Below are positions 9,740 through 18,113 of a stretch of 32,000 bases of DNA, one piece after another. The notes beneath the pieces were generated by a model, which made no database searches, had not been told where the DNA came from, and was given only the letters and a program-made list of their open reading frames with translations. This stretch comes from Nostoc punctiforme PCC 73102 (GTDB lineage Bacteria > Cyanobacteriota > Cyanobacteriia > Cyanobacteriales > Nostocaceae), in contig NC_010628.1 of the NCBI RefSeq assembly GCF_000020025.1, forward strand, positions 4,380,001 through 4,412,000. Direction: 5' to 3'. Both the position numbers and the translations under genes were made by a program. How positions within the stretch are numbered: the first letter of the stretch is position 1; every line of letters starts with the position of its first letter.

Positions 9740-9997
9740 TTTTATTACCTTACCTAAAAACGTATGTCAACTAATGTGACAATTAATTTACAGTCACCGT
9801 ACCCCTGCGCGGAAGTAAACTCCCATAGGAGAAGTTTTGAGTGGCAAAAGCTTCTACTTGGACTTGTAACTGTCATTATGTTATGGATTACTGGGAGTCG
9901 TGGCAATCTTCAGTCAGCGTTTGTTTAAGAAGCTTTGTTTTGCCGCTGATTGGTTGCCCATTTTTGAAAATGGACATGGGGAAACAAACTCTTTTTC

Positions 9998-10006
9998 TGG
10001 TATAAT
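9998..10006 (+). promoter_or_regulatory. Candidate extended -10 promoter element (TGGTATAAT)
   Basis: An exact TGnTATAAT match on the + strand in a 680-bp spacer, about 450 nt upstream of the Crp-family gene. No good -35 element. This is sequence-only evidence. Confidence 0.3.
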
Positions 10007-10457
10007 CGTACATCTTGATATCAATGCCGTAAGCGAAAAATCAAGCTCATAGGTACACGTCGCAAAAGAAAGATTTATTTGAGTCTTGAGAATCATGACT
10101 CCCGCCCTTGGAGGGAATGCAAGACAATAAGACTGTGATGTTCTCTTGGCTATTCGTGATTAATTGAGAAGCCCTGACCACACCGCCTAGCGGTTGGTGT
10201 GTGGTAGTTCATCTAATCAAGTTTGCAGTGCAGCTAGCCCTTGAGCAATACAACCGTCGGCTATAAACTACTTTTTGCAAAACTTTTACCCCGTTTAAAC
10301 TTATAGGTAAAGATTATTTAGAAAAAGGTTGTTGTCGTATTCTTATGTAGCATAGTTTAGTTTTCTCTTTTAAAGGGAGCTGTGCTTTGATGACTAAGGC
10401 TAGAAATGGCGCTCTTGTTTGTTGTGTGTACATAGCAGCTTCAATAAAAATGTCGTA

Positions 10458-11159
10458 ATGGAAGACCGATATAGCTTGCAAGCACAGGCTAATCCCTGGA
10501 TGATCACCTCCGCTCCCTTTTTTCAAGGGTTGCCAGAACCTGCTGTGGAATCAGCCCTTATCCATCTTGTTACCCGCACTCACCCAGCCAATCAGGTAAT
10601 TCTGCTAGAAAATGACTGGGGTGGTTCTGTGTATTTTATTATGGACGGATGGGTCAAAATCCGCACCTACAATCTGGAAGGTAAAGAGGTAACGCTAAAT
10701 ATTCTTGGTAAAGGGGAATTGTTTGGTGAAATGGCGGCGCTAGATGAAGTTCCTCGCTCCACAGATGTGATTACCTTAGCCCCAACAGTAATTGGCAGTA
10801 TGCCTGCTCAGGATTTTGTCAAATTACTTCAGATAGAACCATTGGCTGGAGTTCGATTGGCGCAATTAATGGCACGACGTTTGCGGCAAGTAAATCGCCG
10901 ATTGCGTTTGCGGGAATCTGATAGCCAGTCACGAGTGGCAGATACGTTGCTATTTTTGGCAGAAGGGCAGGGAAAAAAAGGGCAAACAGGAACGGAAATC
11001 CCCAATTTACCTCATCGAGAATTGAGTAGTTTAAGCGGACTGGCACGGGAAACTGTGACACGAGTATTGACAAGGCTAGAAAAAAAAGGCTTGATTAAAC
11101 GGGATCAAGACACTATTTGTATTCCCGATTTGTCAGCCTTGGAAAGAATGATAGTTTAA
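10458..11159 (+). CDS. Crp/Fnr family transcriptional regulator (cNMP-binding domain plus C-terminal HTH)
   Basis: cNMP-binding fold blocks (GGSVYFIMDGWVKIR, GELFGEMAALDEVPRSTDV) and the HTH HRELSSLSGLARETVTRVLTRLEKKGLI. The track ORF starts at a TTG (10419); the first ATG at 10458 (MEDRY...) is preferred. Confidence 0.8.
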   Translation: MEDRYSLQAQANPWMITSAPFFQGLPEPAVESALIHLVTRTHPANQVILLENDWGGSVYFIMDGWVKIRTYNLEGKEVTLNILGKGELFGEMAALDEVPRSTDVITLAPTVIGSMPAQDFVKLLQIEPLAGVRLAQLMARRLRQVNRRLRLRESDSQSRVADTLLFLAEGQGKKGQTGTEIPNLPHRELSSLSGLARETVTRVLTRLEKKGLIKRDQDTICIPDLSALERMIV

Positions 11160-11172
11160 GAACTTGTCAAAT

Positions 11173-11913
11173 ATGAGTATTTTAGATTCTCTGCCAGATG
11201 AACCTGAGGAAGAACCATCACCTGAATCTTCAACTCCCCACAATCATTGGTTAGACAAAGAACAACAGTTAATGCCTCCTCAACTCAAGGCTGATGCGCC
11301 GTTGAGGATGGTAGAAACGGCATTTTTAGCCAGTACTGCTAGCTTAATTTGGTTTATTAATTTCTATTTTCCCTTGGGCCCAGTTTTACGGATATTTTTT
11401 CCGGTTCCCATCGCTCTAGTTTATCTGCGTTGGGGCAAGCGTGCAGCATGGATGGCAGCACTCACCTCTGGGTTACTGCTGACTGTACTGATGGGGCCAG
11501 CCCGTAGTTTGCTGTTTGTCATGCCCTACGGGTTTATGGGGGTGCTTTTGGGAGCGACATGGTATCGTCGTCGTGTTCCCTGGATTGTTTCTATCACCTT
11601 GGGTACGCTGTTGGGTACTTTGGGGGTCTTTTTTAGACTGTGGTTGCTGTCTGTTTTGTCGGGTGAAGACCTGTGGATTTATGTGATTACCCAAGTGACT
11701 GAGTTCATTGAGTGGGTATTTTTGAAGCTGAGTTTATTGGCGAGTCCCAGCGTGTTTTTGATTCAAGTGGGAGCGATCGCTCTAATTTTACTCAACAACT
11801 TTATCTACCTTTTTGTGGTACACCTCGCAGCATGGTTTCTTTTTGACCGTCTGGGCAATCCCATTCCCCGTCCACCACGCTGGGTACAAGTCCTCATGGA
11901 TTATGAGGGATAG
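11173..11913 (+). CDS. Multi-pass integral membrane protein (possibly DUF2232-like), acidic N-terminal tail
   Basis: Five to six hydrophobic helices follow an acidic N-terminus. It starts 14 bp after the Crp stop (ATG 11173; the track uses TTG 11164), which suggests co-transcription. The family name is a tentative recollection. Confidence 0.65.
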   Translation: MSILDSLPDEPEEEPSPESSTPHNHWLDKEQQLMPPQLKADAPLRMVETAFLASTASLIWFINFYFPLGPVLRIFFPVPIALVYLRWGKRAAWMAALTSGLLLTVLMGPARSLLFVMPYGFMGVLLGATWYRRRVPWIVSITLGTLLGTLGVFFRLWLLSVLSGEDLWIYVITQVTEFIEWVFLKLSLLASPSVFLIQVGAIALILLNNFIYLFVVHLAAWFLFDRLGNPIPRPPRWVQVLMDYEG

Positions 11914-11948
11914 TTATTTGTCATTAGTCATTAGTCATTTGTCCTTGG
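11914..11948. repeat. Heptamer tandem repeat (STRR-like): TTATTTG TCATTAG TCATTAG TCATTTG TCCTTGG
   Basis: Five consecutive 7-bp units read directly from the sequence, lying in the spacer before the cobT-like gene. Confidence 0.7.
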
Positions 11949-11969
11949 TTAAATAATTAGTCCTAACTA

Positions 11970-13145
11970 ATGCCCAATTCCCAAATTCGTATTTATACCC
12001 AAAAAGAACAAGGTGAAGAATGGCTACGACGATATCGTGGTTGTCTGCCCGTATTTGGATGTGTTTTAGGATTTACTGAAACTGGTTTAATTCCAGGGAT
12101 TTCAGCAGCCGGTCGTACTCCAGAGGATCGGAAATATACCGCTTGTGCCGATGCCGAGTTTTTGTACTACGGCCCAGAACATAAGCCCCAACATCCGCTA
12201 CCATCTTTAGCGGCTGGGGCTTCACCTGTGCTGATTTCTCGCGCTGTCTTTGAGTCACTAAAGATACCAGTTCATTTGTTTAATGCTGGTTTACCCCACC
12301 CTCCGGCTGTGCCATTAATTGACTTGGGTGGCGCTTCTGCTAAGTGTTTAAGTGGAGGTGCTGCTATGGAAATTACAACAGTACACCACTTGTTTAAACA
12401 AGGGCTACTTTGGGGAGAACGCCTTGCTGCCAATATGCAACAGAGTTATGTGATTTTTGGTGAATGCGTCGTCGGAGGTACTACAACTGCCCTGGCAATC
12501 TTAACTGCTTTGGGTATAGATGCTGCTGGAAAAGTTAACAGTAGCCACCCTATTTGTAACCACGGACAAAAGTGGGCACTAGTGCAAGCAGGGCTAGAGA
12601 AGATAATGGGGAGCAGGGGGCAGGATGAGATATTTCAATCTCAAATCATGACTTCCGTAGATCCTCTAAAAATCGTGGCTGCCGTGGGCGATCCCATGCA
12701 GGTGGTGGTAGCTGGGATGGCGATCGCAGCTAGTCGTAGTTGTGGTGTAATGCTTGCTGGTGGGACGCAAATGCTGGCGGTTTATGCTCTGATGAGTGCG
12801 ATCGCTCAAGCTTACGCCTTATCATGGCAACCAGAAGCAGTAGTTGTAGGCACAACCCGTTGGGTAGCAGAAGATCCTACTGGCGCTACAGTTGACTTAG
12901 CCCTCAGCTTAGAAAAAGGCAACTTGATTCAGAGTGGAAGAACCCCTTCCCTATTAGCAACTGATCTCAGCTTTGCTGATTCTCGTTATCCTCAACTGAG
13001 AGCTTATGAGCAGGGCTTTGTGAAAGAAGGTATGGGCGCTGGGGCAGCTTGCATAGCCGCCCATCTTAGCCAAAATTGGCAGCAAGACCAACTTTTAGCA
13101 GCTATTGAATCTCAGCTTGAACGGTTAAGTACAGCATTTCATTAA
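11970..13145 (+). CDS. CobT-like phosphoribosyltransferase homolog (TIGR00303/UPF0284-type, archaeal-type nicotinate-mononucleotide:base phosphoribosyltransferase family)
   Basis: 391 aa with blocks I recall from this family (LGFTETGLIPGISAAGRTPEDRKYTA, GECVVGGTTTALA, MLAGGTQM). Assigned from memory of the family, not from a search. Confidence 0.55.
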   Translation: MPNSQIRIYTQKEQGEEWLRRYRGCLPVFGCVLGFTETGLIPGISAAGRTPEDRKYTACADAEFLYYGPEHKPQHPLPSLAAGASPVLISRAVFESLKIPVHLFNAGLPHPPAVPLIDLGGASAKCLSGGAAMEITTVHHLFKQGLLWGERLAANMQQSYVIFGECVVGGTTTALAILTALGIDAAGKVNSSHPICNHGQKWALVQAGLEKIMGSRGQDEIFQSQIMTSVDPLKIVAAVGDPMQVVVAGMAIAASRSCGVMLAGGTQMLAVYALMSAIAQAYALSWQPEAVVVGTTRWVAEDPTGATVDLALSLEKGNLIQSGRTPSLLATDLSFADSRYPQLRAYEQGFVKEGMGAGAACIAAHLSQNWQQDQLLAAIESQLERLSTAFH

Positions 13146-13426
13146 TTCATAAGGAATTAAATTTGTTAGGACTTTGTATCCCTCTGCGCTTTCTTAAAAA
13201 CTTCCATTTGTTTCATAGTGAGGAATGCACTAAAAGCTTACGATAGTACACATCACACTATTACATATATTTACGTAATAGTGTGTTTTACTTTTCATCA
13301 ATTTGATAGCTGGATTAGTTGCTTATACTTAAATATATGCCCACAAAACCATCACTTGATATTGAGCCTAAAGGCTTGTCTTCCATACCTACAGGCATTT
13401 TTTAATCCGTTCAACTTAGGTTAAAT

Positions 13427-13795
13427 TTAATGAATTCTTTCTCTAAGTAATTGTTCTTCCAAGGCAGCAATGCGATTGTATGCTGCTGTTAACTGCGCTG
13501 TTAGTCGTTGTATTTGAATTTCTGGTGTTATATTATCTCCACTTTGACGATGCATATCTAGATAAATACCATCTGTTAATACATCCTTGTGTTCCATTTC
13601 TGGATTTAAACTGATACGTCTGAGCTGATAGCCTCCAGCCGCACCATTTTCCTGATAATTATCCTTGGCTTGTGTATTTGCTATGGAACACTCTGAGAAA
13701 GTTTGAGTGACTTTAGCATCAAGCTGCTCAATTACTTGACAGAGGGCATCCAGTTTTTCGCTTAAAGTCAGGATCTGTTGCTGTAATAGCTCCAT
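13427..13795 (-). CDS. Hypothetical protein with coiled-coil segments at both termini
   Basis: A 122-aa ORF with heptad-like N-terminal (LLQQQILTLSEKLDALCQVIEQLDAKV) and C-terminal (IQRLTAQLTAAYNRIAALEEQLL) segments. It is isolated in AT-rich spacers and I recognise no family. Confidence 0.45.
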   Translation of the reverse strand: MELLQQQILTLSEKLDALCQVIEQLDAKVTQTFSECSIANTQAKDNYQENGAAGGYQLRRISLNPEMEHKDVLTDGIYLDMHRQSGDNITPEIQIQRLTAQLTAAYNRIAALEEQLLRERIH

Positions 13796-14122
13796 TTAAT
13801 ACCTTTATCCGTACATTTTCTATATGTTATTCAATTTACTCCCAACCTTAACGATACTTATGGATTATTTAAGTATTGATAATTTTTGGTGCAAATGTGA
13901 CATTTAAATCATTATTTCTAAATGTAGGTAAAGTTTGAATACAAGTACCACTAATGAAATTTATGGAGATAAATTCACTTTTAGGTAGTAATTTGCTGAT
14001 AGAGTTGCTATTTTAAGTCAAATATTCCAAATTATCGGTATTAACAACAGAAAACTCCAATAATTTTCCAACTCCGCTTTTTCACCTAGTCAGCCTCTGG
14101 TGAATCTCTGCTTAATATTAGG

Positions 14123-14128
14123 TATAAT
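14123..14128 (+). promoter_or_regulatory. Candidate -10 box (TATAAT) upstream of the binding-protein gene
   Basis: An exact TATAAT ending 23 nt before the ATG at 14152, in an AT-rich spacer. Sequence-only evidence. Confidence 0.25.
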
Positions 14129-14151
14129 CAAAAATCTTAAATCCAAAATCA

Positions 14152-15309
14152 ATGGATCGACGGTCTTTTTTGCTCGGTACAAGCACACTGGCACTTTCAC
14201 AACTGCTTTTTGGCTGTGGTGGAAACAGGCAGACGCAACTAAAAGTACAGTTATTAAAAGGTTCTATACCTGGTCAGGTGGTGAATCAGTTCCACAAAGG
14301 TTTGCAGCAACAGGTGCAGTTAAAGTTTGCCCCAGTCGACCAGATAGAGGATTTATTTCAGCAATTACAAAATTGGCAGAAAAAACCAAAAGCCACCGAT
14401 GAACAAGGATGGAGTCGCTTTATACCCTTTAGGCAAGGTCAAAAAACGGCTGATGCAGACCTCGTGACATTGGGAGATTACTGGCTAAAAGCAGCTATTG
14501 GGCAGAAACTGATTCAACCACTCCAAGAGTTACAGGGAAACCAATTAAAGCAATGGTCTACTTTAGATGAAAAGTGGAAAAAATTAGTAACACGCGACGA
14601 CCAAGGTAACTTGGATACTCAAGGGAAGGTGTGGGGTGCGCCTTATCGGTGGGGTACCACGGTGATTGTTTATAACCGTGACAAGTTCCGAGAATTGGGA
14701 TGGACACCCAAAGATTGGAGTGATTTGTGGCGAGATGGAATGCAGCAACGCATTTCCCTGCTTAATCAACCACGAGAAGTTATTGGTCTGGTCTTAAAGA
14801 AGCTAGGCAAATCTTACAATACAGAGAATCTTGACCAAGTACCAAACTTGGAAAAAGAATTACAGACATTAAACCAACAGGTGAAGTTCTACAGTTCTAA
14901 TAACTACTTAGAACCTTTAATTATGGGAGACACTTGGCTAGCGGTTGGTTGGTCAAGCGATGTACTGCAAGTTCTGGGACGTTATCCGCAACTTGGCGCA
15001 GTTATACCCCAGTCAGGAACAGCAATGTGGGCGGACTTGTGGGTGCGTCCCGCAGGTATTAATAAGGGTACTTTATCAGATCAATGGATTGATTTTTGTT
15101 GGCAACCAAGTATAGCTAAACAAATTTCGGTGTTGACTAAAAGTAATTCGCCAATTTCTACAAATATTGCCGCTTCCGACATCCAAGAACCAGTACGGAG
15201 TTTGTTACAGAGCGATCGCGAAGTTTTAGATAAAAGTGAATTTTTGCTTCCCTTACCGCCATCTGCAATAAAACAATACGAGTCTTTGTTCGCCAAAATG
15301 AAGGTTTAA
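14152..15309 (+). CDS. ABC transporter periplasmic substrate-binding lipoprotein (PotD/family-1 solute-binding-like)
   Basis: An N-terminal signal with RR and the lipobox LLFGCGG, in a 385-aa protein with PotD-like blocks (GAPYRWGTTVIVYN, WLAVGWSSD, GTAMWADLW). No permease or ATPase is adjacent. Confidence 0.65.
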   Translation: MDRRSFLLGTSTLALSQLLFGCGGNRQTQLKVQLLKGSIPGQVVNQFHKGLQQQVQLKFAPVDQIEDLFQQLQNWQKKPKATDEQGWSRFIPFRQGQKTADADLVTLGDYWLKAAIGQKLIQPLQELQGNQLKQWSTLDEKWKKLVTRDDQGNLDTQGKVWGAPYRWGTTVIVYNRDKFRELGWTPKDWSDLWRDGMQQRISLLNQPREVIGLVLKKLGKSYNTENLDQVPNLEKELQTLNQQVKFYSSNNYLEPLIMGDTWLAVGWSSDVLQVLGRYPQLGAVIPQSGTAMWADLWVRPAGINKGTLSDQWIDFCWQPSIAKQISVLTKSNSPISTNIAASDIQEPVRSLLQSDREVLDKSEFLLPLPPSAIKQYESLFAKMKV

Positions 15310-15325
15310 TTGGGCATTGTGCGAA

Positions 15326-15365
15326 TTAGGAGGTAAGGGCGATAATTTTTCCCTCTAACTCCTAA
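15326..15365. terminator. Candidate bidirectional terminator hairpin between convergent genes
   Basis: TTAGGAGGTAAGGG - 11-nt loop containing TTTTT - CCCTCTAACTCCTAA. This gives 7 + 3 bp of pairing with an internal loop, located between stop 15309 (+) and stop 15370 (-). Confidence 0.4.
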
Positions 15366-15369
15366 CTAT

Positions 15370-15951
15370 TTACTGGAGAGAACGCTGTAAGCCTATCTTG
15401 TTCTTAACAGTTGTTTGGATACTGCATAAAGCTGGACTTGTACTAAAGTTGCAAGTATAAGTTGCTAAAGGTTCCTTTTGATAGTTAAATACCCGGACAT
15501 TGTAACCAAAGTTACGTGCAGCGCTACCTAAGCGATTTACGAAGTCGTAGCGCTCTATATACTCTAGTAAGCTCCAAATTTGCTGATTCACGATCAAGTC
15601 TACTCGTGCAGGTTCCTTGCCAGAGGCTGGATATGCTATCCAATTATCTAACAGTTTTTTCTCAGAGTTTTGTTGTGCCCACCATAAACTCGGAACAGTT
15701 AATCGTTCTGGATCAATTGTGTTAGCTGTGATTACATAGTCTTTTGGCTTGGTCAATAAGTCTAGTTGTAAAGGCGCACTCGAAGGCGAAGGTATAGAGC
15801 GGGTTTGTGCTAGCGAGGGCGACGGGATTAGTAAAGTGGTGAGGGCAATGGTTAGTAGTAATGAAAATGATGTTTGGCGATCGCTGCGCCAACACCTGCC
15901 GTAGGATGTCCAAGGGGCTGTAGGGCGATCGCACAATTTAGGTATATGCAT
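15370..15951 (-). CDS. Hypothetical secreted protein
   Basis: An ORF with a signal-like segment (SFSLLLTIALTTLLIPSPSLAQ). The track start at 16077 reads through a dispersed repeat, so the internal ATG at 15951 (MHIPKL...) is preferred. I recognise no family. Confidence 0.5.
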   Translation of the reverse strand: MHIPKLCDRPTAPWTSYGRCWRSDRQTSFSLLLTIALTTLLIPSPSLAQTRSIPSPSSAPLQLDLLTKPKDYVITANTIDPERLTVPSLWWAQQNSEKKLLDNWIAYPASGKEPARVDLIVNQQIWSLLEYIERYDFVNRLGSAARNFGYNVRVFNYQKEPLATYTCNFSTSPALCSIQTTVKNKIGLQRSLQ

Positions 15952-15965
15952 AGCTGATACTATAT

Positions 15966-16053
15966 CGTAATTCGTAATGATGCTCTCTACGATACGTTGC
16001 GCGTAGCTTGCTTCACTGTAGGAGTACGAATACTCACTAACGTAATTCGTAAT
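15966..16053. repeat. Dispersed repeat copy flanked by 13-bp direct repeats CGTAATTCGTAAT
   Basis: CGTAATTCGTAAT occurs at 15966-15978 and 16041-16053. Between them lies the repeat GCGCGTAGCTTGCTTCACTGTAGGAGTAC (15999-16027). Confidence 0.6.
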
Positions 16054-16614
16054 TAAGGCATAAGCCAAAACTCGCACAGTTTAAAGTTTAATGGCAACGA
16101 TGCGAATTTTTCGATCATCTGTTGTCCAAGTTCCTTGTTAATACAGTGTTGGTCTCAGATATTCTTCAACGACGGGAATTACTTGTATTTGTTGCTCGCC
16201 AGAAAGTCCTGTTAAAAAACTGCTGGCAGACACCTAAATCCAGTTTGCCATACCTGCTTCTGTTTCTGCTAGAGGAGTTGAATGAGCAAAAAGCATGGCA
16301 TGAATTCGAAGCATTGCCGTTCTTGGAGACTGGCGTACTCACCAATACTAGGGAAATACCAATTTAGGTCTTTGTGCAGAAATATAAAATGTTTCTAAGG
16401 GGCTTTCCAAAGCTGTGGCGATGTGAGACAGAAAAAAGCTGAAAATCTTATAAAAACGTACTTTTAGTTTCAGTATCTTCTCAAGATTCAATTCGAATTG
16501 TTATAGAACTTAATAGAAGGTATTTGGTTAAAACTAAATAGTTTCATTTGATACAAATGCTAATGCTTTTTGGGTTGAATTGTCCTTAAATTGAGTGCTT
16601 CTCTACAGCGCGAA

Positions 16615-17874
16615 TTACTCGTCTTTATTTGTCCATTGCCTCCGTCCCTTCGGAGTGAGTGCCCCTTCCTTAAACAAATCCGAGAGGTCGTTGGTGTTCG
16701 GTGAGTTTGCATCACCCAAAAACTTGCCGTCTGGTGCGTATACACCGAAGAGTTCCTCCCAGCTCTTCAGGTCGGACGAGTGGGTATAATTTACGAAGCT
16801 TTCATAGGCGTTACCCTTGGCCAGAGGTGAGATCACGATTTCCTCTATGGTGTGGCTAAAGTCATTCTGGTTAGTACCTTCAGTCTCATCCCACCAGATC
16901 ACAATCGCGCCACCGTCCTTGTAAGCAGCCGAGGACATAATCTGCGGAATTATCTTGGAAAGAAAGTTGTCACCCTGTGCAATTGCGGCCAGATCGCCTG
17001 TGTAATGCACCCCATTATAGTCAAAGCCATCTTTCAACGCAGTGTGTGAATCATTGAATTGGTCTGGTGTAATCAGGGTATAACTAGCAACTTTATTATG
17101 AGCAAGGTCTTCTTCTAATTGTTGCAATGGTGCATATTTAGATGCTAGGGGGTTTGCTGGTGTTGGGTCGTTACCGCCGTTGGTGTCAGTAAAAAACAGA
17201 TGACCATCGTGTTTGGTAGCAAAATTATATTGATGGCTACCGTTGTAGGGGTTAGTGTAATCAGGTGATGTACCACTGAAGCTGCTCAGGGGGACAGTCC
17301 ACTGGTCTTGAGGTAGAACTGTGTTGGTAAGTAGACCATTAGCATTTTTTGCTAGGTTAATGTCTTCTTGGTAGGATTTCCAAGAGATACCAGCCCGATC
17401 GAGTAAAGCACTGAGATGGAGTGTAGTATTTTGATTAGTGCCCCCTGGATTTTTGAAAGGGTCATTATCGTTAAGCACGCCGAAGTTATCGCCGGCTTCT
17501 TGCCAAATATAGTTTGGCTCGGATGGGTGGATGCTGGGGTTCTTGCCAGACGGTGTAGCTAGGACGTTATGGTAAGCACCAGCGTAGGAGACCTGAGCGG
17601 CATTTGGATTTCCGGGGGTTATGAGGCTGTTCTGATAGGGGGCTGCGGGACTGCCGAATATCTGGTTGGGTGCTTTTGTGTCACTGCTTGGTTGCGTGAA
17701 GTTATGGTTTTCCATATCTATGACGAAGATATGTTTAAGGGTTCTGCCTCTTTCGACCCTTTGGCCATTTTCGAGCCCTTCAATGTTTTGCGCCACTGCC
17801 GCCTGTGCGCTTAGAAGGCTCCCAGCCAGAAACGCAGCGGGAAGAAGCACCCACTTAAATAAATGTATTTGCAT
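16615..17874 (-). CDS. Secreted phosphoesterase-family protein (PLC/acid phosphatase AcpA-like, PF04185-type)
   Basis: A signal peptide (MQIHLFKWVLLPAAFLAGSLLSAQAAVAQ) and an N-terminal block LKHIFVIDMENHNF resembling the VVIxxENRSF signature. The C-terminal acidic blocks IVIWWDETEG fit this fold. Confidence 0.6.
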   Translation of the reverse strand: MQIHLFKWVLLPAAFLAGSLLSAQAAVAQNIEGLENGQRVERGRTLKHIFVIDMENHNFTQPSSDTKAPNQIFGSPAAPYQNSLITPGNPNAAQVSYAGAYHNVLATPSGKNPSIHPSEPNYIWQEAGDNFGVLNDNDPFKNPGGTNQNTTLHLSALLDRAGISWKSYQEDINLAKNANGLLTNTVLPQDQWTVPLSSFSGTSPDYTNPYNGSHQYNFATKHDGHLFFTDTNGGNDPTPANPLASKYAPLQQLEEDLAHNKVASYTLITPDQFNDSHTALKDGFDYNGVHYTGDLAAIAQGDNFLSKIIPQIMSSAAYKDGGAIVIWWDETEGTNQNDFSHTIEEIVISPLAKGNAYESFVNYTHSSDLKSWEELFGVYAPDGKFLGDANSPNTNDLSDLFKEGALTPKGRRQWTNKDE

Positions 17875-18113
17875 TGATTTTTACAAAATCAGGTAAGCCT
17901 CACAAAAATAGTGGTATTGGTTTAAGCACTAGCTATTAAAGCTTTAAGGAAATATTAACAGGTTAGTTATTTGGTGATTTAGAAAAGCCGCTCTGCTTTT
18001 TTGAGCGAAAGTACTGAGTTCCATTAGCGGTAGCGGGGCGTTTAGCCTGGGTTTCGTCTTAGAGTTAAAAGACTGCCCACTTTAATTTGCTCAGAACTCA
18101 GTAGTGAGTGCGG

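Noticed and set aside
9795-9850. Glutamine (glnA-type) riboswitch resemblance (GCGGAAGTAAA followed by a CTCC-CATA-GGAG hairpin and AAG)
   Set aside because: I could not find a convincing closing P1 helix (CGTTC...GAACG type), and there is no appropriate downstream small ORF on the + strand. The match is limited to the short E-loop-like string.
10097-10215. Possible cobalamin riboswitch (GGGAA...ACTGTGA...GAAGCCCTGACCACACCGCC resembles fragments of the B12 element and B12 box)
   Set aside because: Only scattered short matches are present. The conserved GGTG-GAATCC / GC-G-CCCGC core between them is absent, and the downstream gene (a Crp-family regulator) is not a typical B12-regulated target. 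A covariance-model scan would be needed, and I do not expect a hit.
13218-13424. 68-aa plus-strand ORF after the cobT-like gene
   Set aside because: It is an AT-rich spacer translation (rich in I/F/Y/L/C/H) with no start context or motif, and it is probably non-coding.
16122-16367. 81-aa plus-strand ORF in the 16.1-16.6 kb spacer
   Set aside because: It starts at a TTG, has no motif and an unremarkable composition. The opposite strand is also open over much of it, which suggests non-coding sequence. I cannot exclude a degraded gene remnant, but I cannot support one either.
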